Of a stretch of DNA of 64,000 bases, positions 37,301 through 50,350 are shown in pieces. The notes under the pieces were generated by a model. That model was not told the DNA's origin and made no database searches. It saw nothing but the letters and a program-made list of their open reading frames with translations. The DNA is taken from assembly GCA_030390025.1 (NCBI GenBank), contig CM059431.1, forward strand, positions 130,078,001 to 130,142,000. The letters are read 5' to 3'. The stretch's first letter is position 1, and every line of letters starts with the position of its first letter. The DNA is from Squalus acanthias (Eukaryota). Made by a program: the position numbers and the translations under genes.

Positions 37301-38050
37301 CCTTGTGCCATTACATATATGCTCTGCCTTCCAGACTGACTCTGTGCATCACCCCCTACTATAGCTCCACTCCGTATCCCATCCCCCTGCCAAGTTAGTT
37401 TAAACCCCCCCCCCAACAGCACTAGCAAACCTCCCTGCAAGGATGTTGGTCCCATTCCGGTTCAGGTGCAACCAGTCCGACTTGTACAGGTCCCACCTTC
37501 CCCAGAAACATACCCAGTGGTCCAGGAAACTAAAGCCCTCCCTCCTGCACCAACTCTTTAGCCACGCATTCATCTGCTCTATCCTCCTATTCCTATACTC
37601 AGTAGCATGTGGCACCAGGAGTAATCCAGAGATTACAACCTTTGAGGTCCTTCTTTTTAATCTGCTACCTAGCTCCCTAAATTCTTGTTGCAGGACCTCA
37701 TCCCTCTTTCTACCTATGTCGTTGGTACCAATGTGAGCCACAACCTCTGACCGTTCCCCCTCCCTCTTCAGAATGCCCTGCAGCCATTCAGTGACATCCT
37801 TGACCCTGGCACCAGGGAGGCAACATACCATCCTGGAGTCACGTCTGGAGCCGCAGAAACGTCTGTCTGCACCCCTCACTATTGAGTCTCCTACCACTGT
37901 TGCCCTTCCACTCTTCCTCCCCCCTTGTGCAGCTGAGCCACCAACAGTGCCGTGAACTTGGCTCTGGCAGCACTCCCCAGAGGAACCGTTACTTTCACCG
38001 TTTTTCAACACAGAAAAACAGTTGTTGAGTGAGATGCACCCTGGGGCTTT
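34372..38050 (-). mobile_element. Long CR1 LINE: ORF1 esterase (SGNH) domain, APE endonuclease, RT and 3' tail; frameshifted
   Basis: 37400-38011 has VVGDSIVR, HIGTNDIG and DWLHLN. 36623-37455 has VAVTETWL, GVYYRPP and VGDFNFP. 34444-35932 has RT motifs. Confidence 0.95.
37001..37100. repeat. 50-bp exact tandem duplication inside the CR1 endonuclease region
   Basis: 37001-37050 equals 37051-37100. Confidence 0.9.
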
Positions 38051-39192
38051 CCTTTAAATAAATTAATTCTCCTTATCTCCCCACCGGTTCTCTTGCCAAT
38101 TATCTTAAATCTGTGTCCTCTGGTTATCAAGCCACCTGCCAGTGGACACAGTTTCTCCTTATATACTCTATCAAAACCCCTCATAATTTTGAACACCTCT
38201 ATTGAATCTCCCCTTAACCTTATAACCTTATATGCTCGAAGGAGAACAATCCCAGCCTCTAGTCTCTGCACAGAACCAACATCCCTCCTCCCTGGTATAA
38301 TTCTGGTAAATTTCCTCTGCACACATCCTTCCAAAAGTGTGGTGCCCAGAATTGGTCACAGTAGTCTAGCTGAGGGCTAACCAGTGATTTATAAATGTTT
38401 AGCAGAGCTCCATTGCTTTCGTACTCAATGCCTATATTTATAAAACCGAGGAGCCCATGTCCTTTTTTAACAGCTTTGTCAACTTGTCCTGCTACCTTCA
38501 AAGATTTGTGTATGTAAACCCCAGGTCTTTCTGTTCCTGCATACCCTTTAAAATTGTGCCATTTAGTTTATATTGCCTCTTCTTATTCTTACTTGCAAAA
38601 TGCATTACTTCTCAAACTCTGCATTAATTTTCATCTGCCAGAGGTCTGCCCATTTCACCAGCCTACATGCTCCTGAGGTCTGCTACTATCCTCCTCACTG
38701 TTTTCTACATTTCCAAGTTTTGTGTTATCTGCAAACTTTGAAATTGTGCCCCCTATATCCACGTCCAAGACATTAATATATATCAAAAAGAACAGTGGTT
38801 CTAATACCAACCCCTGGGGGACACCACTGTATACTTCCCTCCAGTCTGAAAAACAACCATTCACCACTAATATTGCTCTTTGTCTCTTAGCCAATATGGC
38901 TTAGATTCAGAGAACAAAGCCTGTTAAATTAATGAAATGAATTAAAAATAAATGCATTTGAGGTCATTGACTTCACTGGAGCCAGTTGGACTCGGTGCTA
39001 TATTTCAAGTATAAATGATAAGCTTCCCCCTGGAGTGTAACCACTTATTAAGGGATGCTGTTGTGGCGGGGAGGGGGCATCACCTAGCAGCAGGTTGGAG
39101 CTCCATTGCTTCATTAATAAACTAAAACTAGATGTAAAGACAAGTCCTATGAAATCACTCAAATTGTGTAAATGTCATTTGAATTATTTGGT

Positions 39193-39492
39193 TTCAACTG
39201 CATGTTTTCTGGATTAACCTGATTGAATTCTCTAGGTGTATGAAGATTTATTTATATATTTTGGTCTGTAATGTGGTATTGTATGAAAAGATGATGAAAA
39301 GTATTTGAGAATCACTGAAAACCTACTTACGTTAATTTAAAATTCAACTGCATGTTTTCTGGATTAACCTGATTGAATTCTCTAGGTGTATGAAGATTTA
39401 TTTATATATTTTGGTCTGTAATGTGGTATTGTATGAAAAGATGATGAAAAGTATTTGAGAATCACTGAAAACCTACTTACGTTAATTTAAAA
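39193..39492. repeat. 150-bp exact tandem duplication in non-TE sequence
   Basis: 39193-39342 equals 39343-39492. Confidence 0.92.
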
Positions 39493-42400
39493 TTTAAGTC
39501 ACCGGAATGCTCAACTTTGAAATTTTTCAGCAGCAGGGCTTATTTTTTCCCGGCAGATTTATGAATCCAAATTTGTTTCAAATTTAAACTACTGTATATG
39601 ATTAAGGTGCTAAAACCACAATGGGGGAATCTGGCAGTATTTAGTCCATTAATTGCTATGCTTGATTCCATAATGTTTACATATTTGAAGTTTTCCTGAA
39701 CTTTTGTTTATCTATGTTTGTGGAATATGTTTAGATTTAAACTTTATAAGAGTAAATTATTTCCTCAATATGATTTATATAAACTGCATTAGATAGGTAC
39801 TTGAAGTAAGTGTTGTGAGGGAGGACAATAATATGGTAAACTTTCATGGAAGGAACAAGGGTGAGTATCAATTTACTGAAGGAGAGAATTCTAATATTCG
39901 ATCATAAATGGAATGTCCATACATTGGAATCCAATTACTTCCCATTGTCAACTGACTGGTGCCCTCTAGGCACAGTTCTACTGAACTTCAGTTGTCTGGG
40001 AAATGTAGCTATAGTCAAAAAATGTTTTGCCCACAAAATCAGTGGCAATAAATACCTTTCATGATTGATTGGAGTAATTTGTAATAGAAGCCATTATTTT
40101 CTGGAGTTCACATTTTTTCTACTTTTGAGTATGAACTGCAATGATGTAGAATTGCAAACTTGGCAACAAAGTTGGTTACAACCGTGTCTGGCCACTCCCC
40201 AATCCCCTTCCCAAAGCAAAGTCAATGATCTTGAAGTGAGTTTTTGCAATTGCATGTGCATTACACAGAAAAACCTGTATGCAAATTGTATTATTTGCCC
40301 TTCACTTCAATGCCCCACTACTGTTGGGGGAACCGCTGGATGGAATGGCTGCTACCTGTTCCTGGTGAGTGTAGGCTGCTATGACTTACAGTACCGCTTT
40401 AACCAAATTTAAACTGATACGGGATCTCTCATGTACATTCCACAAAGATATAAAAGTGACTTTGTTTTGACAGTGTTGCTTGCCTCCACATAACATCAGT
40501 GATAAATAAAAGTCCACTTTGCAAATGTATAAAAATTGAGTTGTTTGTACTTTGCTTGAATAAACTATAGCATCCATTTACCCAAATATGGCCACCCATT
40601 CACACCACTTGTTCTTATCCCCAATAATTCTGGTTAATGCCCAAAATCTATGCTATCCATAATGCCATAATGAAGTGCTGCATATTTCAGTGTTAGGATT
40701 TCATCCTGTCTGCTTGATCTATTGACATTTATTGTCCAATGTCTGCTGACAAGAATCTTAGACTGTAACATATCAACTAGATTATTTGTTTTTTTTCCTG
40801 TCTGCATTTAATTTTGCATTTGTTTTCCTTATTTTGTATTTGTAAAATGCACAATTGTATATAGTTTATGTATGCTAAAATTAATGTTTTTTTAAACAGG
40901 GGAATTGATCTGAAAGCTGGAAACTAGATGCAATATATTCTATGGTAGCTTGATGTATGAATAGATTGCTTGAATATTAACAATTATTCATCTCAATCTG
41001 TTTTTATGTTTGGAATTAAAAAATGGTTTGCTTAAAATTTTTCTTCTGGATTTTAAATGTAGCTACCCTCATCACTCTATTGAGGCTACATAAAAAATGG
41101 AGTGATTTTGAAAATATTTAGGTGGCCACATTGGAGAGCTTTTTAAATGTTTTTTTATAAACAAAATATCAGGAATTTTGAAAATGGTTTGTATAACGCA
41201 GACTAAACCCAAGGGAACCTCTATCTTTGCTCTGTTTCTGGGTCAGTTACAATGACTGATGTGATTATGAGCCAATCTATCTGGTTAGAAAAGAGGATCA
41301 GACTGCACATGGGGACTAAAAGTCAAACTCCCCTTAACCTATTTTTATATTGAAAGTAGAAACCTTGGCATAGTAGCAGGAGAGCTATTCTACTTTTTAA
41401 TTTAGAAATAAATAATCATGATGTTTACTTTAAAAAGCCTGAAGCTTCTTGAAGTGGTTAAAAAGCCTATAAAAAGAACACACCAGCCAATGCAATTAAT
41501 GAAAGCAGTGGATTCTATATGGTATGCTTGGTATGTTTATTTGAGGCATGCTGGTTTCTCTCTGTCAGCACCTAGATTTCTAACTGCGACAAAGATACCA
41601 TGTGATCCAGCATAATGATTTTTGTGGAGCCAGTTTACTTGAAGGGCGTTACTTGATACAAACAAGTATTATCTTAGTTTACGTCTCTCTCTGGTAAAAC
41701 AATGGAGTAGGATAGGCTAAATGGTTGAGTGCAAATGTAACACAATAGGCTATGTTTGAAGACTGGGAAATTCTCTATTGAACATGAAAACCATCGCTGC
41801 TCTGCAGATGAACAAGTGATGTTCATGGTTTCATTTTCTGCTGTATGTTTAATTATAGGTTACATCTTTAACTATGTCTATACTATCTCAATAATTGGAG
41901 CCTGATTTCTATTATTACTACAAATGAATTTAGATCCACAGTCATCTTCATTAGTATGGATACTTTAAAAAAAACAGTTGCAATAAACTCTAAGGAGCAT
42001 GTGTGTTTAATTAAAAAGATTAGCTCTGTCCTATTTTTAACATGGGGAACATTTTCATGGTTGGTATCCGATGTTCTTGAAGTAATCATAAGGAAAGTAG
42101 ACAGATGGCCATCGAGAAATGTCACTGGTTATTTCTGCTAAATAATGCAGTTTACACTACATGAAATATACATTTTATATAGCTTTAGATAATATAAAAT
42201 GATTATTCTATTTGGCTATTTACAGTATTGCTACTTCAAAAATGTAAACTACTTCCTCACTGTGCACTCTCCTCCAAAGGAGCACAAACCTAAAAGTGCT
42301 CACCCAAGTAATACAGCCAAAATTGGGCAGGTATGTAAGGACGATGGGAAACACCGTCCAGTGTTACAATTTTGTCACCTCTGACTAATATCTGTAAACT

Positions 42401-43525
42401 CTATTTAATAAAATTCCAGGGTGAAGTTTGTATTTTTACCATATATACTTACCTTTCTGCCCTCCAGACCATCATAGTTTCCACAATACCACTTGTTTTT
42501 CTTGCTTTCCCATGGTCTCCCCCCCCCCCCCCGCCCCCTTCTGCTTGTGGAGTGCATTTCTCTCTTTATCACAGGTCTCAGCTCTCTGACTTCCTCTGGC
42601 TTCTATCTGCCTGGTGCACCCAGCCCTGCTGCTCTCATCACTGGCCACCCCTTTCTACTCTCATCATCTTGCCATTGGCCACCCACCCACACCCAGTCCT
42701 ACTTTGCTTCCTACTCTTGGCCTTGTTCTAGACCACTGCTGGGCTCATCCTGTCCACTTCCCTTTTTCCCAGATAGTGAGAAATAGAATCAAATTCCTCG
42801 ACAGAAAAAGGAAAAATGTAAATGTAAATGCTGATGGGACAGACAGTGAACACTGGCGCATGTCTCTAGGCAGGGTGAAGAAAGAAGATGTAGCACCCGG
42901 AGGGAGTCAGATATTGGGTACCACAATCACATCAAAGTGGGAACCACCTGTAGGGGGAAGCTAGATATTGACGCCTGCGCCATATTACAGTGGGGATTGC
43001 CTTCAGGAGAAGCTACCTGAAGAGGTGAGGGTCAAATATCGGGCCGCATGACCTTATAATGGAAACTGCCTATATAAAATTGTCACTGTCTAATTACCCC
43101 CTCCTACCAGTGGTGACATTGTAGCATCTCAGTTTTGCATCTCCCAGCTCCTCAGTCACTATTGCAGAGAAACTCCTATGTTAAAACCACCTCTACTTGT
43201 CTGCTTCCCAAACTCTCGTATGTTTTGCTACTTTACAAATTATTGTATAAAATCAAAATATGATGCAAAATAAAGACAGGGGAAGTGAAATTGGTCTTTG
43301 TTAGTAACGCAAATCGATCGATAGCGAATCGGCAGCCTGTTTCCCACACCACCCGATTTTCTATTCCATTGAAGTCAATTTATGGACTTTAAATTAGAGA
43401 CTAAATTACACCTGTATGCCCTGGTCCAATTATTCCCTGGCCTATAATCCTGCTTCAGAAGAAGACTACATTTTAGCAGAAATTAATGAGATTTGTGCAG
43501 GCCAGCAGGAGAAAGCAAGCTCAAC

Positions 43526-45119
43526 CAATAACGAGCAGCTCCAACAGAGCACATGATGGCAAAGGGAAAGCAGCATCAAACCGTGTTCAGGATGAAGTGT
43601 AGGGGCAGGCCTGTTGCATCTCTGTCCGACATACAGTTCTGGATGAGCAGAAATTTTCTCCAATTAAATATTGGGAAGACTGAAGCCATTGTTTTCGGTC
43701 CCCGCTACAAACTCCGTTCCCTTGCCACTGACTCCATCCCTCTCCCTAACATCTGTATAAGGCTGAACCACACTGTTCACAACCTTGGTGTCATATTTGA
43801 CCCTGAAATGAGCTTCTGACCACATATCCACGGCATAACTAAGATCGCCTATTTCCACATCCATAACATCGCCCGTCTCTGCCCTTGCTTCAGCTCATCC
43901 ACTGCTGAAACCCTCATCCATGCCTTTGTTAACTCTAGACTTGACTATTCCAACGCACTCCTGGCTAGCCATCCCACTTTCTACCCTACATAAACTTGGT
44001 CATCCAAAACTCGGCTGCCAATGTCCTAACTCACACCAAGTCCCATTCGCCCATCACCCCTGTGCTCGCTGACTTACATTGGCTCCCGGTTAAGCAACGC
44101 CTCAATTTCAAAATTCTCATCCTTGTTTTCAAATCCCTCCATGGTCTCACCCCTCCCTATCTCTGTAATCTCCTCCAGCCCCACAACCGCCTGAGATATC
44201 TGCGCTCCTCTAATTCTGCCCTCTTGAGCATCCCTGATTATAATCGCTGAATCATTGGTGGCCGTGCCTTCTGTTGCCTAGGCTCTAAGCTCTGGAATTC
44301 CCAGCCTAAACCTCTTCGCCTCTCTACCTATCTTTCCTAAAACCTACCTCTTTGACCAAACTTTTGGTCACCTGCCCTAATTTCTCCTTATGTGGCTCAA
44401 TGTCAAATTTTTTTCTTACAATACTCCTGTCAAGCGCCTTGGGATGTTTTACTATGTTAAAGGTGCTATATAAATACAAGTTGTTGTTGCGAGTTAACAT
44501 TCTCATTAATTAAGGTATATTCTACTAAAGTTAGTGCATGTGGCTAAAACAATGTCGCCTGTGCCTAGTCAGTGATATCTATTGGACAACACAGCACTGT
44601 CTCTTGGATGACCACCTTCTGTAACGCATGATCCTCTCTCATTGCTGCTCGAGCACTAACATCTTCTGCTCAAGAGACTCAATTTTCTGACACAGTGCAA
44701 ATGTGCTGCCGCTGCATAAACTGGGGATCCATGATGGTCCACATATTGTAATGGTTTCCTTGTGATGTTGGTAGAGTATGATATGTGGGCCATACACCTT
44801 ACACACAATACAGGTAAATGTACTTAACGTGTAAGTTTATTTAACAAACCTCTACAACCATTCAGTGCAAAACTTTGCAGTCTTTCTTTTTCAGCAAAGT
44901 TGAGAATTCTGCCGTCACTTTATTAGACACAGCACAGCTTAGTGTAGCTTCGAGGTTTTTGCCCAGCAGTTGCAAACGGTACTTCGACTTTATTAGTGAT
45001 TAGTGAGGTTGTTGACTCACAACGAGATGCGGCAGGCCTGCCCCTACACTTCATTCAGAACATGGTTTGATGCTGCTTCCCTTTGCCATCACGTACTCTG
45101 TTGGAGCTGCTCGTTATTG
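43526..45119. repeat. Long inverted repeat (~125-bp arms) whose left arm is split by an L2
   Basis: 43526-43622 matches the reverse complement of 45024-45119, and ~44486-44512 matches the reverse complement of ~44997-45023. Confidence 0.75.
43623..44489 (+). mobile_element. L2 LINE 3' fragment
   Basis: SDIQFWMSRNFLQLNIGKTEAIVFG, LGVIFD, IQNSAA, LHWLPV and a (gtt)n tail. Confidence 0.9.
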
Positions 45120-45354
45120 ATTGCACTGCCATCCTTTGTATCTTAATTAATCAAAAATATATAGATTATGTTCGAAACATACTCCTCTTACTAAGTTTAC
45201 ACAAATATTATAGAAAAAAGATTTCCTGACGGACTACATTTCAATGAACTCCTTCTAAGTCTAAATTGCACTTTCTTCTGGCTCCTTGTAGCTCGAGATT
45301 GAACTCTCGGTACTCAGCTCTGGCATTGAGCAGCTAAAATGAATCATAGAATCA

Positions 45355-46120
45355 TTTTTTTATATTGGTTTATGAGATGTGGACGTTGCTGGCAAGGCCA
45401 GCATTTATTGCCAACCCTAATTGCCCTTGCGAAGGTGGTGGTGAGCCGCCTTCTTGAACCACTGCAGTCCGTGTGGTGAAGGTACTCCCACAGTGCTGTT
45501 GGGAGAGTTTTCCAGGATTTTGACCGAGTGACGATGAAGGATCGGCGATTCACTAAGTCAGGATGGTGTGTGACTTGGAGGGGAACTTGGATGTGGTGGT
45601 GTTCCCATGCACCTGCTGCCCTTGTCCTTCTAAGTGGAAGAGGTCGCGGGTTTGGGAGGTGCTGCTGAAGAAGCCTTGGCGAGTTGCTGCAGTGCATCTT
45701 GTAGATGGTACACACTGCAGCCACAGTACGCCGGTGGTGGAGGGAGTGAATGTTTAAGGTGGGTGGATGGGGTGCCAATCAAGTGGGCTGCTTTGTCCTG
45801 GATGGTGTTGAGCTTCTTGAGTGTTGTTGGAGCTGCACTCATCCAGGCAAGTGGAGAGTATTCCATCACACTCCTTACTTGTGCCTTGTAGATGGTGGAA
45901 AGGCTTTGGGGAGTCAGGAGGTGAGACACTCGCTGCAGAATACCTAGCCTCTGACCTGCTCTTGTTGCCACTGTATTTATGTGGCTGGTCCAGTTAAGTT
46001 TCTGGTCAATGGTGACCCCCCAGGATGTTGATGGTGGGGGATTCAGCGATGGTAATGCCATTGAACGTCAAGGGGAGGTGGTTAGACTCTCGCTTGTTGG
46101 AGATAGTCATTGCCTGGCAC
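45355..46120 (-). mobile_element. Family B LINE 3' fragment
   Basis: Minus ORF GVTIDQKLNWTSHI...IYKAQVRSVMEYSPLAW. Confidence 0.85.
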
Positions 46121-46121
46121 T

Positions 46122-46450
46122 CACCAAGGCTTCTTCTACAGCACCTCCCAAACCCATGACCTCTACCACCTAGAAGCACAAGGTCAGCAGGCACATAGGA
46201 ACACCATCACCTGCAAGTTCCCTCCAAGTCACACACCATCCTGACTTGGAAATATATCGCCGTTCCTTCGTAGTCGCTGGGTCAAAATCCTGGAACTCCC
46301 TCCTAACAGCACTGTGGGAGTACCTTCACCACACGGACTGCAGCGGTTCAAGAAGGTGGTTCACCAGCACCTTCTCAAGGGCAATTAGGGATGGGCAATA
46401 AATGCTGGCCTTGCCACCGACACCCACATCCCAGGAACGAATAAAAAGAA
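46122..46450 (+). mobile_element. Family B LINE 3' fragment, opposite orientation and abutting the previous copy
   Basis: Diverged reverse complement of ~45360-45680. Confidence 0.8.
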
Positions 46451-46451
46451 A

Positions 46452-46794
46452 CTCCCTTAATCTTCTCTGCTGTAAGAAGAGCAATCACAGCTGCTCTAGT
46501 GTCTTCACATAGACTAGTTTCATTCTGTTAAATTTCCTCTGCACCCTCTCTTAAGCCTGTGACATCCTTCCCAAAGTGTGGTGTCCAGAATTGGACGCAA
46601 TACTCTAGCTGAGTCCTAACTCGTGATTTATAAGGGTTTAGCAAATCCCATTCATTTTATATTCTATTCCTCTATTTATAAAGCCAAGGATCTCTTATGC
46701 TTTTTTAACAGCTTTTTCAACTTGTCCTAACATATTCAAAGATTTGTGTGTGTGAACCCTCAGGTTTCTCTGTTCCTGCACCCCATTTAAATTA
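46452..46794 (-). mobile_element. Decayed CR1 fragment
   Basis: Minus strand LNGVQEQRNLRVHTHKSL...VEKAVKKA, plus an LEYCVQFW region. Confidence 0.7.
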
Positions 46795-46957
46795 TGATGC
46801 GGAGATGCCGGTGTTGGACTGGGGTGGACAAAAGTGAGAAGTCGCACAACCAGGTTATAGTCCAACAGTTTTATTTGAAAGCAGCAGCTCCGAAAGCTTG
46901 TGATTTCAAATAAAACTGTTGGACTATAACCTGGTGTTGTGCGACTTCTCACTTTTG
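46795..46957 (-). mobile_element. Short hairpin Penelope-derived insertion, copy 2 (13-bp TSD)
   Basis: Same outer end tgatgcggagatgcc as at 14279, internal inverted arms, and TSD cccatttaaatta at 46782-46794 and 46958-46970. Confidence 0.8.
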
Positions 46958-47037
46958 CCCATTTAAATTAGTGTGATGTTATGAAATATCATTGTCATGA
47001 AAAAGCACACACAATCAATTAATGATCTTAATAATTC

Positions 47038-47701
47038 AATTCTAAAAGGGGTGCAGGAACAGAGAGACCTGGGGGTATGTGTGCACAAATCGTTGAAGGT
47101 GACAAAAGTAAGGAAGTTATGATGAACCTTTTTAAAACACTGGTTCGGCCTCAATTGGAGTATTGTGTCCAATTCTGGGCACTGCACTTTAGGAAGGATA
47201 TGAAGGCCTTAGAGAGGGTGCAGAAAAGATTTACAAGAATGGCTCCAGGGATGAGGGACTTCAGTTACGTGGATAGACTGGAGAAGCTGAGGTTGTTCTC
47301 CTTAAAGCAGAGAAGCTTGAGAGGAGATTTGATAGGTGTTCAAAATCATGAAGGGTCTAGACAGAGTAGATAGAAAGACACTGTTCCCATTGGCGGCAGG
47401 TTCTAGAACCAGAGGACACAGATTTAAGGTGATTGGCAGAAGAACCAAAGGCGACATGAGGAAAACTTTTTACGCAGCGTGTGGTTAGGATCTGGAATAC
47501 ACTGCCTGAAAGGGTGGTGGAGGCAGATTCAATCGTGGCTTTCAAATGGAAATTGGATAAGTACCTGAAGGAAAATAATTTGCAGGGCTACGGGAAAAGG
47601 GCGGGGGAGTGGGACTAGCTGAAGTGCTCTTGTAGAGAGCCGGAATGGGCTCAACAGGCCGAATGGCCTCCTTCTTTGCTGTAACCATTCTATGATTCTA
47701 T
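47038..47701 (+). mobile_element. CR1 3' fragment
   Basis: RPQLEYCVQFW and tail ccattctatgattctat. Confidence 0.88.
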
Positions 47702-49819
47702 AAAATTTAGCTGCCATCAGAACAACAAGAATTTATATTCATAGAGTGGCTTTAATGTAAAAAAAAATGTCCCAAGGCATTTCATAGAATAAGTTTATGG
47801 AAAACAGATGCCAAGCCAGAAAAGACTAGTCAAAGTGATGGGTTTTGAGATCTCAAAGGAAGTGGAATAGGTGGATAGGTTTAGGCAGGGAATTCCAGAG
47901 TGAACATACTGTTGTGCCTGAAACTGGTGTGAATTGAACAATGCAACGGGAATCTACGCCCAAAAACATTGGCCTGAGGCTCGCTGGATATTGGGCCTCG
48001 GGCCTCATCTGCATGAAATCGACAAGCTGCATTGAGTCGCCCAATTGGTGCACACAGCAGCGCCTTGCAACAATCAGCTGGCTCAAACACCGAAATGGTG
48101 AGCCTGGGTCAACAGCGGCCCACAGTAATGTTGTGGAACCAAGAGGAGCTCTCTTTGTCCTCCTGTCTCCACATAAACATAAGTATAAAAATGTGAATTT
48201 ACTTTTTTGTCGGTGGCCTGCAGCAGTTCCTTTAGGCCGGTGTGAATTCAGAAAAACAAAGCACGCTTTGTTTGATGAATATCTGACGGGGCCCTAAAAC
48301 AGGCGTTAGGACCTTGATTAGCATATCCAAGGTGCTGTTCTCTGTGGGGGTCTACAAATATTGAAACAGATGTGGGAATTCCCTGTCCTAACTTCTGAAA
48401 AAGTGCCATCTAACCAAAGGAAAATAATGCTATTACTGCAGATTTTTAAAATTAATTGACAGCAATAGAAATAACTGGGCGTGTCAATAAATATAGAAAA
48501 ATACAGAATTCAAATGACTTGGTGGAGCTTCTGGAAACCCCTCATGGACCCCTGTTTGAAAACCTGCTTTAAAAGAACAGTTTGTGAAATTCACATTGTG
48601 CTGAGTTTTACGTTATATTTGCATTTTGGGAATTGTGACTACATGCAGTTCATTAAAAGAGACTTAAATATGTACTTGAATATGTAAGTCAGTAAAACAA
48701 AAATATACTGTAGGAGTAAACTGCGCCTGATTGCTTTGTTTTGTCATGTTTCTGTAGAATAATGATCATTCATGACATCCATATGCTTTAGTCTCCGTGA
48801 GATTAATTGCCGAATGATTGGATCTGTAAGTATGGTTGAGAAGTATTTCTAAATGGCCTGTAATTAGCCAAAGCAAAACATAGTTCCTTTTTGTTTTTCA
48901 TTATGATTCATTGGATTAGCAAACGTAAAGGATCATGGGGTCTTTCTCTGTTATGTTAAGCTGGTTACATACTTTGTCATCTGGATATTATCCAGCAGCT
49001 CAGTCATGAGAGCATTAATGCATTGTGTGGAAATGCAATCAACCCCCAGTAAACAAATGAAAGGCAGTGATGCTTTATAATTCACTATCCACAACAGTAT
49101 CAACAACAGAATAACTGGTCATTCATTTCATTGCTGTTTGTGGGATCTTGTTGTGTGCAATTTGGCTGCTGCATTTGCCTACACAATTGCATTAACTGCA
49201 CTTCAAAAATAATTTGTTGGATGTGAATTTTCCCCCCAGATATTGTGAGGTTACAATGTTAAGGTATTAAATAAGTAAATGCAAGTTAGTTATTTTTTTC
49301 CTCCTTTTCTTTATTTCTGTCAGCTGTTCATGAACTCCAAAATAACATTTTACTTTTGTTTGTGGAAGGGTCAAATTGTGTCTTTGTGTATAAAGGTATT
49401 TCAGTTTGTGTGTTTGTGAAAATGATTTGAATGCGAACTGGAGGGTGAATTTACTAAGGTTTTGAACTATGATTTCACACAAAAGTGAATCAAGCTAGGA
49501 GAAAGAAACAGTGATTAAGATTAGACTGTATTTAATGTCCTGAGGCAGAGACACAGAGACAAACACAGAGTGGAATCTTTATATTTAGGCAGTTATGGTG
49601 ATTAATTAAGGAAAATAGTATTTATTCATTTTCTTCCGAGCACTAATCAAAAAACACTTAATTCAATGTCTTTGATAGATTTCTTACAAATTGACCAGCA
49701 AGTTGTGCCAGACCTCAAGAAACTTCCCTTGCAGCTAATGCTGCCAGATCCTGTGCCCTCTCCCTCACTGTGCTGACAGACCCCAGGATTCCTCACTGAG
49801 CCAACCCCTACAACTACTG

Positions 49820-50350
49820 TCATGTATCCTCACTTTCCTCTCCCTTTCCCTCTCCTCTGTTCCCTCCCCTCCTTTCCTCTCACCCCTCCTATCATCTTCT
49901 TTTCCAACCCCTTCTATCTACCTCCTCTCCTCTCAATCCTCCTATCCACCTCCTCTCCTCTCACCCCTCCAATCTCCCTCCTCCACTCTCAATCCTCCTA
50001 TCAATCTCCACTCCTCTTGCCCCTTCTGTCCCCACCACTCATCTCACCTTCCTCTCCACTCCTTTCCTCCCTCTCTTCTCTATCCTTCTCCTCTCCTCAT
50101 CTCATGCTCTCCTCCCACCTTTTCACCGCCTTTCTCACCCCCCACCTACTCTCCCCCTCATCCCATCCCCAGTCATCTTCTCTCCCTGATTATTTCTCCC
50201 TTCTCCTCTCCGCCTCTCATATCCTCCTCTCCCCTTCCCCCCCTTCTCCTCCACCTCTCCCTTACCCTCTCCTCTCTCTTACCCTCTCTTTCTTTTCCCT
50301 CCCATCTACCCTCTGTCCCCTTCCCTACCTTGTTTCACATATCTCCCTCT
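49820..50350. repeat. CT-rich low-complexity tract
   Basis: About 530 bp of almost G-free pyrimidine-rich sequence. Confidence 0.9.

Larger units (their letters stand above)
34146..38893 (-). mobile_element. Older CR1 (34146-34371 and ~38055-38893) split by a younger CR1
   Basis: 3' tail atagaatcatagaat at 34146. The sequence breaks after aactcgctgc and resumes near 38055. RT motifs GVPQGLVLEP and FADNTKLG at 38655-38894. Confidence 0.75.

Noticed and set aside
34481..37955. Multiple plus-strand ORFs over the long CR1
   Set aside because: They are antisense shadows of the LINE ORFs.
46880..46905. Hammerhead in hairpin insert copy 2
   Set aside because: Only gctccGAAAGCTT remains and the CUGANGA box is missing.
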